Source of the DNA: the human T2T-CHM13v2.0 reference genome, Homo sapiens | DNA length: 64,000 nucleotides | Reading direction: 5' to 3' (one strand) | Assembly: GCF_009914755.1 (NCBI RefSeq) | Contig: NC_060934.1 | Shown here: piece after piece, positions 1 to 64,000 of the stretch | Numbering within the stretch: position 1 is the stretch's first letter | Layout: every line of letters starts with the position of its first letter | Program-made: the position numbers and the translations under genes | The notes under the pieces: model-generated | Told to the model about the DNA's origin: nothing | Seen by the model: only the letters and a program-made list of their open reading frames with translations | Databases searched by the model: none

Positions 1-101
1 GAGACGGAGTCTCGCACTGTCGCCCAGGCTGGAGTGCAGTGGCGCGATCTCGGCTCACTGTAACCTCTGCCTCCCGGGTTCATGCCATTCTCCTGCCTTA
101 G
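1..101 (-). mobile_element. Alu fragment (right arm)
   Basis: gagacggagtctcgcactgtcgcccaggctggagtgcagtggcgcgatctcggctcactg. Confidence 0.9.
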
Positions 102-724
102 TAGTATCTTTCCCTGCTCCAGGACGAAAACTTGCGTGGGTCCTTCTTCAGTAACAGAGTGCTATGGTTACTTTAAATCACAGAGCAGAGTTTTGGGGCT
201 GGCCACCTGGGGGCCAGCAGAGGCATGGGCACTAAACCCAGATGCTTGGACAGTAGAGTCACCCACCACTGCTTGAGCCAACTGGCCTGGGCAGGAAGCA
301 TGTCACACAAGATCTGCTTCTACAAGGCTGCAGTGACGGGCAGACTGGAGAGGACCAGGTTTCAATACAGCGTCAGAGAACCACAGGGAGAGACGGGGTC
401 GGGGCTGAAGCACACGAGACCACATTTGGGACCTTGGCATGATCCGAGGAGGCAGGAGGACCCCTGAGGATGATGGATGTGGGCCTCCTAAGCAACACTG
501 GGGAATGGGAGGTTTGTGGCATGGTTTGATTGAATCAAGGAAGATTAATGTGGAGATTTTTCCATCTGAATATCTCCACTGCATGTGATAAAAATACAAA
601 CATATCATCCTTCTTAAACACCTTTGTTTGGAAGGGTTATTTTATAAAAAATGTAAAGTAAAAGCTTCCCTTAATATATTTTGCTCTTTAAAAATGAAAC
701 ATATTATCCTTAAAAAAAGAATGG

Positions 725-831
725 AGCCAGGCATGGTAACTCTTGCTCAGGAGGCTGAGGGGAGAGGATTGCTTGAGTCCAGGGGTTCAAGACCAGCCTG
801 GGCAACATAGCAAGGCCCTTGCTTCTAAAAA
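725..831 (+). mobile_element. Alu monomer (FLAM/AluJ-like)
   Basis: ggaggctgagg...ggattgcttgag...ttcaagaccagcctgggcaacatagcaag plus short A tail. Confidence 0.8.
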
Positions 832-1009
832 AATTAGACTTTCTTTTGTTATTTCATTGTAAAATTTAAAATGGTTTGGGAATTACATTTTGATCACTTG
901 TTGCAGCAATTTGTTGAAGAGACCATTTTAAGTCCAAGTATGAATCAAATTATACCTCATTTTAAACTCATGCTAACTGCTTTCTTGTCAAGACATTAGA
1001 ATTTTCTTT

Positions 1010-1328
1010 CTTCTTTTCTTTCTTTCTTTTTTTTTTTTTTTTTGAGACAGGCTCTCACTTTGTTACCCAGGCTGCAGTACAGTGGCATGATCTTGGCTCT
1101 TTGCAGCCTCGACCTCCTAGGCTCAAGCGATCTCTTGCTTTAGCCCCCTACAAGTAGCTGGGACTATAGGTGTGCTCCACCACGCCCAGCTAATTTTTTT
1201 GTAGAGACAAGGTTTTGTCACGTTGCCCAGGTTTTGTCACGTTGTCTCGAACTCCTGGGCTCCAGTAATTCATCTGCCTCGGCCTCCCAAAGTGCTGGGA
1301 TTACAGGTGTGAGGCACCGTGCCTGGCC
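1010..1328 (-). mobile_element. AluJ-like element
   Basis: Poly-T followed by antisense Alu body; gaattttct on both flanks; internal duplication of aggttttgtcacgttg. Confidence 0.9.
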
Positions 1329-4300
1329 TGGAATTTTCTAAAGTGGTTTGTGGTCAGACACTTGTAAGATCTGAGGACATGTTTCCCAGGAATGTGAAGG
1401 ATCATCTTGACAGCATCCCATGGGGCCCAGAGTAAGCCCTACACTGCTCTGGGAAGCGTCATCCAATCCCTCAAATCCATGCAGTCCTGGCTTCTGCCAG
1501 GCACTGGCACATGCTGCCCTCCTGATACAGCATGACAGACAACCTGGGCTCTGTTAGTGGCTTTATTTTCACCTTTAAATTTAAAAAACAATTTCTTCAA
1601 GTAATAATTCAAAACAACCAGTGGTTTTCTATTTCTAAAAAAGTAATCCATGACATAAATGAAGATTCGAACTTATGAATGTCTAGGCACTGCCAGGTAC
1701 TGTCTCAGAAATCTTTCACTATCGTCCATCTAACTCTTAGCTGTTCTCCAAATTCAAGCTTACAGAGGTCTTTGATTTCACCTAAGTTTTTTTTCTTAAA
1801 ATCAAGTGTCTTCTGAGGTTTGTAGTGCACATCTCTAGTGCCAGTTCTGATTCACAGGTCTTGAAGTGGCTTAGTGGTTTTCATCGGTTATTTTCCAACG
1901 CACCAGTGACTTTTCTCCCCAGCTGGATTATAAATTCCTCAGGCTGGGATTGCAGCTTTCCAGACCCCTGGCACAGGCTATTTGGTGCAGTTGTGCTCAA
2001 GAAATGTGTGCATCTCCATGCATCTCAATACAGACACACCGCCATTTCTTATTCTATCTTCTGTCTTTATAAAATTCATCTCTGACCACTTTATAAAATT
2101 CGTCAAGAACCTGCCAGAGCTCCCCATTTCCTACTGAATTAAATACAGAGTCCTCTATGAGCTCTTTGAGATCACTGCCTTGCAGCCCAAACTTCCTTTC
2201 TTCTATTCCCAAATGAATATGAGACTGCATCAATGTGAATCTCCACCTGGGTTTGTAGCCAGGCGGGCATGCTCAGCATCTGTAGGCCTCAGTTCTCACA
2301 CACCTGGCCATGCATCACCTTCGCCTGGGAATTGTGTCTATTTCACCACAATTAAAATAACCTGGGAAGCTTGAAAAAAATCTCTAGGCCTTATATCAAC
2401 CTTAGCATATGAAAATCCGTGGGGTGTGAGGCCCAGGCATGCAAATTTTAAACCAACACACCCGATGATGCTTATATACTGCCCAGCACAGCTCATGGCC
2501 CCGAATTTGGAATCAGTCTTGAGCAAACTGTCAGTCTGCCACTGCATTTAGCAACATAGAAACACAAAAAGGACTTTTAATGATCTCTTACTCTCTGTAA
2601 GTTTCTATGGTTCAGTTAAGACACTTTCCAGAAGGTCCTGGAACTTATCTCCTGTATCCTCAGAAAGGGCCTCCTAACCTTTGGGCCACAAAGCGTTGAG
2701 AAGAAAGTAGGTTCGTAGTCTAACCAGGAAGCCAGTGTAGAAAAATCTGACTCTCTTTCCCTCTTCGTATCTTATCTCTACTCACCTACTAGCTTTCTAA
2801 CAGTTGCGACTAGAAAGGCAGTGCCTTATCAAGGAGTTACAAGGTGATAAACCATTGGAAACCCGTAAAGAGGCAGCAGGTGCCATTCGGATCTCAATTT
2901 CCTCCTCAAAAAATAAGAGCCATTGATTAGGGGGCCTCTAAATTCTTGTACTGGGAAAAAAATATAAAAAGAGAGCCATTTCTAATAAATCCATTTTGCT
3001 AATTCTCATATGCATGTCTTTTATGCAATTTTTAATGTGAAATTTGGAATTGTCTCGCAATTGAGATGTACTTTTAATGTGCTGTTCCCTTCCTCTCTCA
3101 CTGTGGTCATTAACATGTTTTAGATATAATCCATGATGTACTATAATCAAGAACACTTGGAATATTTTATGTTGGGGACACAGCGTTTCCCTCCCTGTTG
3201 AGTGTTTAGTTTTTTTCCCTTCTCTTTGCTGTCTGAGGAGAGAGGAGAAAAAAGCCCTATGGGAGAATTCTTGAGAGAATAGCAATTTTAGGAGAAAATC
3301 TACCCTCCCAGAGGCCTTGTTAGCCCAGGTAATGCTTGAGAACATCACCTGGGGATGCTGGGAGTGAGGAGGAGGGAGAGGAGAAGGGGACAGGGACCCA
3401 GATGTGGGCTTCCTGGGTATCACTGAGCACTCTCCTGGCCTAGAAAAGGGAAAGGCCCCTGGGAGTCTTGGGTGCTAGAAAACAGACAAAAGAAATTTTA
3501 ACAAAGTCAAAGGTGATATTTCTGGCAGCTGTGAATTGAAATGAGCAGTTGCCAGCTCTGGGCAGCATTCTAAGTGTTACCCAGAAAAGCAGAGCTGCTC
3601 TGCAGGAGCTGAGGTTGTGGGGAGGAAGAAGGCCCAGGAGCTGAGCTCATCCCTTCTCCCCGTTTCATCACTTCCAACATCTCTGGGATGTGGAAACATG
3701 ATTTGAAAGCCACAGCCCTTCTCCCAGGCAAGCCCTCCATGAGGCCACATGGGAAACATTTTTCCAGGCCCTGGGAACAGAAGTAATGCCTACGAACAGC
3801 AAATGGTTAAGTCCTATAAGCACTGATCTTGTTTCTTTGTTTGCTTTGGCTGCTAGGAATCTTAGAGCCACAATTCAAGTTGATCTCTTGTAGCCAAGTC
3901 CCTCCAGTGGAAGGCCTTGTGGTATTCCTCAGTTTTATGTTCTCAATGTACCCTGCCTTTGTTTCCCTAGTCTACCATTATTTTTCCATTTATGTGGTCT
4001 TCCTAACCACTTCATTCTTTGCTGTTGCTTTGTGTGCGGTTGTGAAAATTGCATCAAATGCTTTGGAGCAAGGCAAACAAACTGCCTAAGTTGCCATAGT
4101 CTTGGGGAGGGCGTTACTGCAGAGGTGATGGAGGGTGCAGCTGCTCCACTCCACCTGGGGGACGAGTGGCAGCTCCTTTCATGGGGCTGACACTCCCTCT
4201 TTCCGGAACTGCCGGGACCAGCTCTTTGCTGTGCTGGACCTCCTGGTTCCCCTGGTGCTGACCCCTCAGTCCCATCAAAACCACCAGCAAGGTGGCCTTG

Positions 4301-4384
4301 AATGCCACGAAAAAGCATGTTTGTTCACGTACATCCACTGCAATGGGTGTGTTGTTTATGCATCTGCTGTGAGTTACTGCCATA

Positions 4385-4662
4385 TGCATGGGCACAAACA
4401 TACGCACGCTCACACACGTGCACACACACACACAGGTGCTCCCACACAACATGTGCCCCCTGCATGCACACACATGCAACCAGACGTGCACACATGCATG
4501 CATGCACCTCCCTACATACAAACATGTGCCCCTGTACATGTACACACACACACCCATGCCCACGCACACATATGTGCACACCCATGCACCCATACCTATG
4601 CGCATACGCACCTGCCCACACTCAAGCACTTGCACACACAGCACACATGCACACACACACAC
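4385..4662. repeat. Degenerate (CA)n/(TG)n low-complexity tract
   Basis: cacacacgtgcacacacacacac...; explains the His/Thr- and Val/Cys-rich spurious ORFs. Confidence 0.9.
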
Positions 4663-5774
4663 AGGCACTGGCTCCTGGGCCTGGTGCTATGACGAGGAAG
4701 AAGGAAATATAAATGGAATATTTCCCACTCAAGGAACTAGCTGAGTGCCAGTGATAGCTTCATGGAGGCCATCCATCGCGGTTTCCCTCCTCACTGGTCA
4801 GGCATAGGGACCCCATTGTGGCCATGCCCCCCTTTAGCTTTGGTGACACCAGTGACTCTTTTGTCCTTTGGTTTGGCTGAGTGTTGTGTGCTTGTCATTG
4901 CCCTATACGTGTTTAAAACTCTTCCTTTGTTCCAATTTCCTTAGAGTATTTGTTGTGGTTTTTAATACTACCTGCCAAGCTCTCAACCACGGCTGACTTG
5001 GTAGTTGTTGACAAGTGAGCAGTGGATTTGGGCCTCTGCCTTAAACTCTATGTGAACCAGCTCACTGGGACAGAGGGCATGGCCAGGGCTTCAGGGCCCC
5101 CAGGGCCTTACCTGCCACTGAGCTCACTTTGGGACTACAGTAGGCTCTTCAGCCAACATGGGCAACAGATCCTTGCCCCCCTCCTTTTTTAAGACTTTCC
5201 TTCCGGGTGATGGGTGTCCTCTGAGCCACTCAACTTGGCCCACTTTGCTTGCAGTCCCGAGCCATGACCACCATCCTCAGTGTAGGAATAATAGGCTGGC
5301 AGAGACAACGTCTCCATGACTGGAGCGTGGGTGGCTTGGGCTGATACCCTGCCCAGAGGCCCTACCAGGGCCCTACTGGGCTCCTGCTCAGAACCGGGCT
5401 CCTGTGTATCTTCCCTCCAATCCTGGGGCACGGTGAGTTGTGAAGGCACAGTACCGTTTGTCACCAGCGTCCCCTGCCTCCTGTTGCTCATGCTGCCTTC
5501 CTTTTCTGCCCCCGTGTGGTTTCACTGACTTGAAAGGCCCATGCTTCTGGCTGAAGGTGAGAAAGAGAGGTGGATAGAGCATGCCGGGCCCCGAGGAGAA
5601 GGCAGGCTGCCTGGGCTGTAGGTCAGAGGGCAGGAGGACTGTAAGCAGGGCCCAGATGTGCACAGAGGATGACTTTAGAGGAGGTGACCACATAATATCC
5701 CAACCCAACCCACTTGCTTGGTTAAGGGGAAGGGGGCTGAAGCAATCACTGCCCTGGGATAAGAAGCAAGAGGG

Positions 5775-5931
5775 GCGCCTGTAGTCCCAGCTGCTCAGGA
5801 GGCTGAGGCAGGAGAATGACATGAACCCGGGAGGCGGAGCTTGCAGTGAACCAAGATCGTGCCACTGCACTCCAGCCTGGGTGACACAGCGAGACTCCAT
5901 CTCAAAAAAAAAAAAAAAAAAAAAAAAAAAA
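5775..5931 (+). mobile_element. 5'-truncated Alu (AluY-like right arm)
   Basis: Right monomer plus long A tail; aagaagca(a/g)ga on both flanks (target-site duplication). Confidence 0.88.
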
Positions 5932-5944
5932 GAAGCAGGACGGG

Positions 5945-6305
<361 letters not shown>

Positions 6306-7389
6306 CTAGAGGCTGTGCCATGGAGCTCGGTCTTCATGTGGAACACACTGGGGTTGCCACTGAAGGGTTTATTTCACAGGACAATATGGGATTTGCCTTG
6401 TGATTTTTAGGGATCTCTCCAGCTTCTGTGCCCAGGGGCCTTGTGGTCTTTATTCCACTTTGGCTCCTTAGCCCCATGGCCACACCCTGACCATAGCAGC
6501 TTCCAGGACTGTGGTCTGATGTGCCAGTCTCCACTCAGCCCAGGGCCCCAGCGCTCCCTTCCCTGATGGCAGCCACATGGCTGGTGATAGAGCCGCATCC
6601 CATTTCCCTGGTACCTCATACAACCATTCCCCAGCCCCGATATCACACCCATGACCCTCTGTTTGCCCGCCTTCCAGACCCTCACCCCTGGAACCACCTG
6701 GGGCTGTTTTCTTCACCCTAACCCATGGGGCCGAGTGCAGCTGCCAAAGACCCCACAGTCGAGTGGGTGTGGACTCCTCTTATGTGTGGCCCAACCCCAG
6801 CTGCTGCTGGGCTCTTGTTAGTCCTTCTGTGTACCTTAGGTCAGGGCCCTGTCCTACTCTCTCCAGGGCTAAATGCCCTCAGTGTGCAGGTTAAGCTTTC
6901 ATTTAGGTGGAGATGACCAGTGAGTAGTTGGAGGATGGACAGGAAGCAGGCACTGGGTGGAGAGGGCCAGGGTCAGTGGGAGTAGCTGGAGCCCATCAGG
7001 GGTGGGAGGGAGAAGAGGGCTGCAGCAGAGCCTGGAATGCACTCACTGTCCCCAGAGCCCACCCCTCCCGCTGGGTTACCTGTCTCATATGGTGGCATCC
7101 ACACTTGGCAATGAATCCAATCAGACCTGGGAGTCATTTGGGCTCCTTGGTCCCCTTTGTCCCCACTCCCCTGATATCCATTCAGCCCCCAGCTCATGTT
7201 TCTCACTGTAGTTCCCATCATCTCTGAAATATCTTCCTTCCCCATGGCCGCTGGGTCTGCTTCATCCCTGGAGCGCAGGGTCCATGACTTATTCACCTGC
7301 GTGTGCCTTGATGGGGAGCTGGCCTGGCAAACAGACCAGTGTTCCTTACAAGTTTGCTTCATGCAAATGTTATCTGTGTTGTGCAAGCC

Positions 7390-7525
7390 TCAGAATCCCC
7401 TGGAGGGCGTGTTAAAACACAGATTGCTGGGTCCCACACTGCAGCCTCAGATTTTGCAGTTCTAGCAAGTTGTCAGGCAATGCTGATGCTAGTGGTCTAG
7501 GGCCTGTGCTTTGAGAACCAGTGCT
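7390..7525 (-). mobile_element. MER5A-like hAT DNA transposon remnant
   Basis: cagaatcccctggagggcgtgttaaaacacagattgctggg...tgctgatgct...ttgagaaccagtg. Confidence 0.7.
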
Positions 7526-7643
7526 CTCGTGCATGGACTGATTGGCTGCAACTATGCTGGTACTCAACGTATGGTCTGGTCCATTCAGATGGAAGTGGCT
7601 CAGGGGTCCATGCAACAATTAGAATGCCCTTAGATCCATCTGC

Positions 7644-8005
<362 letters not shown>

Positions 8006-9139
8006 TAACTTGTTTTCACACAACTCAGTAAAACCCACCCCACTGTCCCCACTGTCCCCATTGTTCAGGAACTGTGCAGTTGTTTGCGAGGCTTAAGGAC
8101 AGGTCTGATTTGGGGTACACTTGAAAGAGTCCCATATCTCTTATGTACCAGATATGGACTCTTTTTAAGAGTCCCATATCTGTTATGTACCAGGGCTTCA
8201 TGTGTGGGATTTGGGAGGGCAGTCATGCTGATAAGCATTTAGAGGTGCCCAGAACAGTTCTTTATGCAGGAAGGATGATGACAGGTTCCATTATCTTGAT
8301 AAGAGTTTCTTTTGGATGCCATCCAATTTCCTTGTCCTCATTCTTTGCTCCCCAAGCAAACTATTGGTATATAATTTTGTCCCTCAAGCAGACTAATTCT
8401 GGAGCCAAAGTATACACCCTATTGGAAATAAATGAATTGGCCTCCTGGTTTACCAATTAGTGTTTGGTGAGTACAATTAGTGTACCTGGGTTTCCTGGAA
8501 CCTGATCACTCTGGGCTGAGCAATCTCCGAAAGGCTGGCTTAGTGATGCTATCCTGCCTGAAATGCTACCCCGGGCTGGTGCTTTGGTGACTTTGTTCTT
8601 GGACCTGAAACCAGGGTTTCTTTGCTCAGTTCCAATAACCCTTTGGAGAGGCAGCACACTGTGCTTCACCAAGCTCAAGTGCCTTAATGGGAAAGAGTTG
8701 CAAAATAACTTCGGGAGGATGGTGATTGTTGGTGAAGTAGAATGGCTCTTGGAATCTGGGGTGGAGGAATGAGGGTAGCACAGAGGATCCGGGAGTGGGA
8801 GTCACAGCTTCAATCTCCTTTTATTTTCCCTCTTTGCTGTAAGCCTCCCCTGAACTGCTAGTTGCCTTCGTGATTATAACCAGGTCAGTGTAGATCTAGT
8901 GTTGCCATTAAAAATATTCTCTCTTCACTCTTTCGGGGATAGGCCACTTACCACCTTTTGTAGGGCTTATGTCAAAAAATCTGCACTCTCCCTGATGACC
9001 TCAGAGCCAGTTTTCCTTCTCTACCCATTCCTTTGAATGGTTCTGAATAGCAAGATGTCCTTTGGTGTAGAGGACTCAAACCTACCATTTGAATGGAAAC
9101 ATAGTCTTTTCGTGGGAAGGGGAAAGATTCAGTGTCTTT

Positions 9140-9253
9140 TGGAAAAATACCAGGCTTTGGGGTCAGACCTCGATTTAAGCTCTGGCTCTGCCAGTTTCTG
9201 GGTGTGTGACTTTGAGCAAGTTACTTAACCTCTCTGAGCCTCAGATTTCTCAT
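9140..9253 (+). mobile_element. MIR fragment
   Basis: tgtgtgactttgagcaagttacttaacctctctgagcctcagatttctcat (MIR core). Confidence 0.75.
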
Positions 9254-9284
9254 ACCAGGGGCAGTTAGTAGGTAAATGTGATGC

Positions 9285-9548
9285 CCTATCCAAAGTCGTC
9301 CTCCCTACCACAGCTATTCTCTATGCCATTGCCTTGTTCATTTCCTCCATAATTCTTACCACAATCTGAAACCCTTCTCCCTGCTGATTGATTTCTTGTC
9401 TGTTGTCTGTTTTGCCTCCCTGTGAGGACAGGGAGCATGTCCATCTGGCATTAGGCTGCAGCCCCACCCTCTAGAGCACTCCCTAGAGCAGTGTCTGGCA
9501 CATTGGAGGCATCAGCGTGTATTTGCTGAATGAGCAGATGAATGAACA
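9285..9548 (+). mobile_element. L2 3' end fragment
   Basis: gcagtgtctggcaca...tatttgctgaatgagcagatgaatgaa. Confidence 0.65.
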
Positions 9549-9656
9549 GCATTATCCTTCGGCAAACACAGAACTCACTTGAACCATCTGTGCAAAGGGG
9601 CCTGGTCCTCCTCTTCCAGATCTGCCCATGCTCATCCAGTCAATCAATCTGCAGAC

Positions 9657-9714
<58 letters not shown>
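9657..9714. repeat. (CTAT)14 tetranucleotide microsatellite
   Basis: Perfect ctat run next to an antisense Alu tail, followed by (TA)n. Confidence 0.95.
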
Positions 9715-9742
9715 GCATATATATATATATCTATATATACAA

Positions 9743-10500
<758 letters not shown>

Positions 10501-11703
10501 TGTGTGTCAGGGGTCCCTAGAGGGCTGTGTTTGTTGCTGGAAGATTCCGCGGTTGGATGGCATCCTGATGAACGTGGAGCTCATCTGTCCTTCAGATGGG
10601 GGGCAGCAGCTGCCGTGAGTGCTGTCCTGGACATGGTCTCAGCTCTGTGTGTCATTTCCCTTCTCTGGACCTCATCGTCCCCAGCTGGAGGCTGAGTGGT
10701 GGAGGAGAACTGGCTCGTCACCAGCCCCCGTTTAACCACAAGACTTCTTTCTGGGGACCCCTGGACAGCATGGGTGAGCCACTCACAATCCCCACCTTCA
10801 AAGCCATTGCCTGCTGAGCACCTGCTCTGCTGGGGCACTGGGATCACAGAGGGGCAGCAGGAGACAACGGGTCTCAGCTTGATCCTCAAAGCCCAGCAAG
10901 GAGGTGTGGGGCAGTGGGGGGTGGGGGGAGTGAGTGAAGGAGGGTAGGAAGGGGTCCCCTTATAACCCGATTGGGAAGACCGGCTCTCTGAGCAACAAAA
11001 ATGAGCGACATTATAAATATCAGACATACAATGTCAAAAGATTGTTACAACGGTAACGATGACCAGCAATTATGGTGTGCTACTCAATGAGGGTAAAATT
11101 AGAGTTTGGGGTCAGACTGACACCTGAAGGGGAGCCCTGGTCACACAGATTACAGGATTCAGGGACTGGAAGGCAAACAGCAGCAGCCGGAAAGTGCTAC
11201 AGCCCCGACCCTTCCCACCAGGCTCCCCGTCCTTCTGTCCCCCTCGTCTGTCTGTCAGGTCACAGGGCTCCTGGTTCAGAAATCAGAGACCCCTCAGAGG
11301 TGGGAGGTGGGAGGGGCCCTGGGCTGCCTCCCTGATCTCCGTCTTCCTCTGGCTTCCCAGGGCACTGGTCTGTGGGTAGAAAGAATCTTTAGAAGAAGGA
11401 GAACAACGGGCTGTTTTGGGAAGTCTGCCTGGGACCCCAGCTCAGCTTCGTGGCAGGGATGTGTGCCTGGCAGCCCCAGGGGCCCTGCTGGGCCTCTCAG
11501 TGCCCTGTCTTATGAAGGGAGGTCTTGGCTTCCCACAGGTAATCCTCAGCTCTGACGGCAGGTGGCCCTAGGGGAGGGGCCTGGAAGGGGACTCCCTCAC
11601 CACACTCGGGAGCATTCCACTGGCCTGTTTTATGTTTTGGGGCTTCCCCATGAATTCCAATTTAGGAAAGGATTCTGTAGCTTTAAAAAAAAAAGCCATA
11701 CAT

Positions 11704-12120
<417 letters not shown>

Positions 12121-14379
12121 TTAATTGCCTGGGGAAGGTGCTTTGCAAATGGGGCCCGGGCGCCGAGTCTCTGAGCTTTAATGGGCTTATCTTGCTTCCT
12201 GTTGTTCTTCATGGCAGTTCTGGGGTGAATAAAATGGAACTTTGTGGTTGTGGTCTTCCAACCCCTGCTGTTTAAGCAGATGCTTCTAACCAGTAGGAAG
12301 GGGAAGATGAGGGTCCTCTGGCAGGGGCTGCTGCTGGAGGAGGTTGTCCCCCTGAACCCTTCTCTTAGTCCAAGGAAAGACCTCCCTAAATGGTGTCTTA
12401 TGAGCCACAAAATGGCCTTGGGACAAGATGAGGCACCTGACGGTGAAGGCTGAGGTCCCACACGGTGTTGGCAGGTGGCCCTCAAGCCCATTGTCTTCTG
12501 CCCGCATGCCCAGGACCGCCACATCCTTCCTGTTCCACTGACGTCACCCATTTCCCACCTGGGATGCCTACCTGGGCTGGCTTTGAAATGACAGCTAGGC
12601 TTCACCACTTCCTTCTTCCTGGTGTCTCCTGAACAAAAAGCTCACAAACCTTATTTTCTCAGGATCTTTTCTGCTAACCACCATGGGCAAAAGATGCAGT
12701 CAAAACAACAAAAACGGGGAGGTTACGCAGTTCAGAAAATCCCACACATTCTCAAGAAGGGTGTCCCCGCCAAGCTGAGAGATACCTGGGACATCATGCT
12801 TTCCTGGAGGGGAAGGCTCCCTGCCCCCATTCCTGTACAGCCGGGAGAGTCGCTCCTGTTCGTCATCCCATCTTCTCGCTCTCATTTGCTGGGCTGACCT
12901 CTGCTGGTATTTCAAGACTGTTTGGTGCCACCCTCTCTGAGAGATGGCCTCCCTCATCTGATTTAGATGCTTTTCTTTACCTTCTCATAGCAGCTTGTAC
13001 TAATACTTGCTACCCCCTGTTGAAATTGTCACCAGGCAGGTCTGTCTCTAAGACCAGACAGTCTGCTTTTGTCTTGGAAGGACACTTATTACCCCTTCCT
13101 GTTCACAGGTATTTAGTATTCTTACCATCATCTTTCCCTGCTGTGCTCCCGGCAGACAATTCTAATCTGTCATGACACTCTGATGATCCCAGACCCAGCT
13201 GCATTATCATTCTCAGTCCAACACTCCAGGAACCAAGGGATCACAATCCACTTCTAAGAGGAATCCAGCATGTGCCTGGTCTTGGGCATTCCCTGGTAGG
13301 TGAGTAAACCTGTTCTCTCGTCACCCAGTGCTTATCAGTTGCTGATCTGGCAGTAGGAGGATGAAACACAGTGAGCCTATTCTGTGTTCCTGTTCTACTC
13401 AAGGGGTGAAGAGGCACCTGGAAACAACAGGAAGAGTTGTAGGATTAAAAAGGACATCCAAGATTAAATGTAACTTTCATCTGGATGAAGCCAAAGGCAG
13501 ACTTCCAGCCCTAAATTCTGACTGGTGGCTGACACAGGACATGGGTTCATGGTACCCTTCTAGAATGCAGCATAGACTACTGATGAACAGTGCATGGCAA
13601 AGAAGCCAAGTGTCATTTCATGGCCTCAGCCTCTCAGCTGAGAAGCAGGGCACAGCTCACCCAGGCTAGGAAAACAGAGGCAAGTCCTGGAAAGCTGTCT
13701 GCTTTTAACCAAGAGTTACTGGCCATCAAGTGTCTTGGTTAAAAAATAAGTGTCAGGCAACCTTCTTGGTAGAGTGTGTTGGGGGGCATTATCAGAGTCT
13801 GGTAATGACTTCTGAGGGTCCCAAAGAGTGAAGTGATATTTACATAGCAAATCCAAGGAGGGGGATTGTGTGCAATATAGGTGGAGGTGGGGGCAGGTTT
13901 TGTGGGTTTGCCAAGCTCCAAGGGTCATACAATGTGCATGTCAAGGACAAGAAATCAAAGCCATGTGAAATGGTTGGAGGTGGTTCAGTTTGAGGTCATG
14001 TGTTTCTCAGCTCCTGTTGTGGAATTAGTGTGAGACCCAGAAGACTGTGGCCAAAGCTATTATGGACCCATGGTCTCCGTGGAATCATCCCTCATGACTT
14101 CTGCTCTCTGATCACATCCACACTCATGTCATCCTCGTTCTTCCAAGGTGAGGTTACTAGCACTGCACAGGGGCTGATGAGAGCATGTCCTGCCAGGAAA
14201 AACCATCCCAGAGATGCTTTCCCCCTTGGCACTGTGTCCTGTATTTGCTCAGCAGCCCACATCCTGTTCTTCCCCAAACCTTGGGGCAGACTTCCCACAG
14301 GTGAATTTGAACTCCCCAAGATTAAAATCAAGCCCGTATTCAGGAAACACTTGGGAGTCCTTGAGGTTCACCGAGAGGG

Positions 14380-14631
14380 AAGTTGGAAATTTTTCACTTA
14401 TGTCAGTGCGTTTGCAGTTGGGCAACAGCCAGATTGTTCATATGGCAATCAATCAAACACACCTAAGTTTTTTCCACATATTAGCCATCGACTGTTAGCA
14501 AAAGCCCTCACTTCCTTTATATTGATTTATAGCAGCAGTAGAAATATACCACCCTAGAGGACACACCTCCTTTTAGCTAGGTACCTATAAATGTCCAGGA
14601 TTTTCTATTCAATTGAGAAGAACCCAGCAAA
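14380..14631 (+). promoter_or_regulatory. DMBT1: DMBT1 proximal promoter / 5'UTR region with TATAAA box at 14586-14591
   Basis: TATAAA starts 46 nt upstream of the ATG. Motif-level candidates only: kB-like TGGAAATTTTTC (14384-14395), ONECUT-like AATCAAT (14447 and reverse at ~14521), ETS CACTTCCT (~14509). Confidence 0.6.
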
Positions 14632-63531
<48,900 letters not shown>

Positions 63532-64000
63532 GTAAGTGCACACTAGACCATGCCTATGAGGCTTGGTGGATTTACCCAGCTGCCTCTTTGGGGGCACCAT
63601 GGTTCCCCAAGGAAATCAAAGAAGGGCCTCAGCGATGCACGGCCCATTCTCTTTCTCTTGGCACTGACTGTGTGGGCAGGCCCTTGGGAAGGCAGCAAAG
63701 GGTGCAGACTGGGGGTTCCACCTGGCCTTGGGTCTGCCACCAACTCTCCAGGGGACCTGGTGACTCTCCTTCAGAGCCACCCCTCTCCGTCTGGAGGTGA
63801 GGGGATCTGAGCTTGGCGATGTCTAGAGCCCCTTTCAGCTCTGCATGGAGCGGTCCAGTACCTCCACCCCAGCTTTTCCACATTTCTATTTGGCGACTTT
63901 AGAGGTGGGAAAAGGCCTGTGGGATGCTTGGCCTTTGAGGTTTGTTGTGGGACATTTGTTGTGGGACATGGCCATGATCTCTCAGTTAATGTGTCTTTCA

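Noticed and set aside
4114-4744. Overlapping 98-185 aa ORFs on both strands
   Set aside because: They are translations of a degenerate CA/TG microsatellite, with no coding signature.
10900-10955. G-rich run with G-quadruplex potential
   Set aside because: Common in human DNA, with no associated feature supporting a function.
14000-14557. 185-aa ORF directly upstream of DMBT1
   Set aside because: Non-ATG start, no recognisable domain, and it lies in the promoter region.

Overview
Human-type (primate) genomic DNA containing about 14.6 kb of upstream sequence and the 5' part of DMBT1 (Deleted in Malignant Brain Tumors 1 / SALSA / gp-340) on the + strand. I reconstructed 32 coding exons by hand: signal-peptide exon, exon 2, four 48-nt N-terminal repeat exons, eight 324-nt SRCR exons separated by pairs of small SID exons, two Thr-rich linker exons and two CUB1 exons. 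They total 3754 nt (1251 codons + 1 nt), and the gene continues past the window. The haplotype has only 8 tandem SRCR exons rather than the 13 of the long reference protein, consistent with a short copy-number allele. Beyond the canonical gene there is a near-intact SRCR pseudoexon in intron 2 with a single stop, a silent in-frame Thr-rich exon placed like a SID-b exon, and a candidate 117-nt cryptic exon. Together these outline a lost 'SRCR0' module whose spacer exon was amplified into the N-terminal repeats. Also present: a decayed SRCR pseudoexon after the array, a MER11 LTR carried in each 4059-bp repeat unit, a GATA-motif repeat array in intron 1, an overlapping uORF whose ATG sits in the TATA box, and many Alu/L1/L2/MIR/MER/MaLR fragments. 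Repeat subfamily names and reference comparisons are from recalled consensus/protein sequences, not from a database run.
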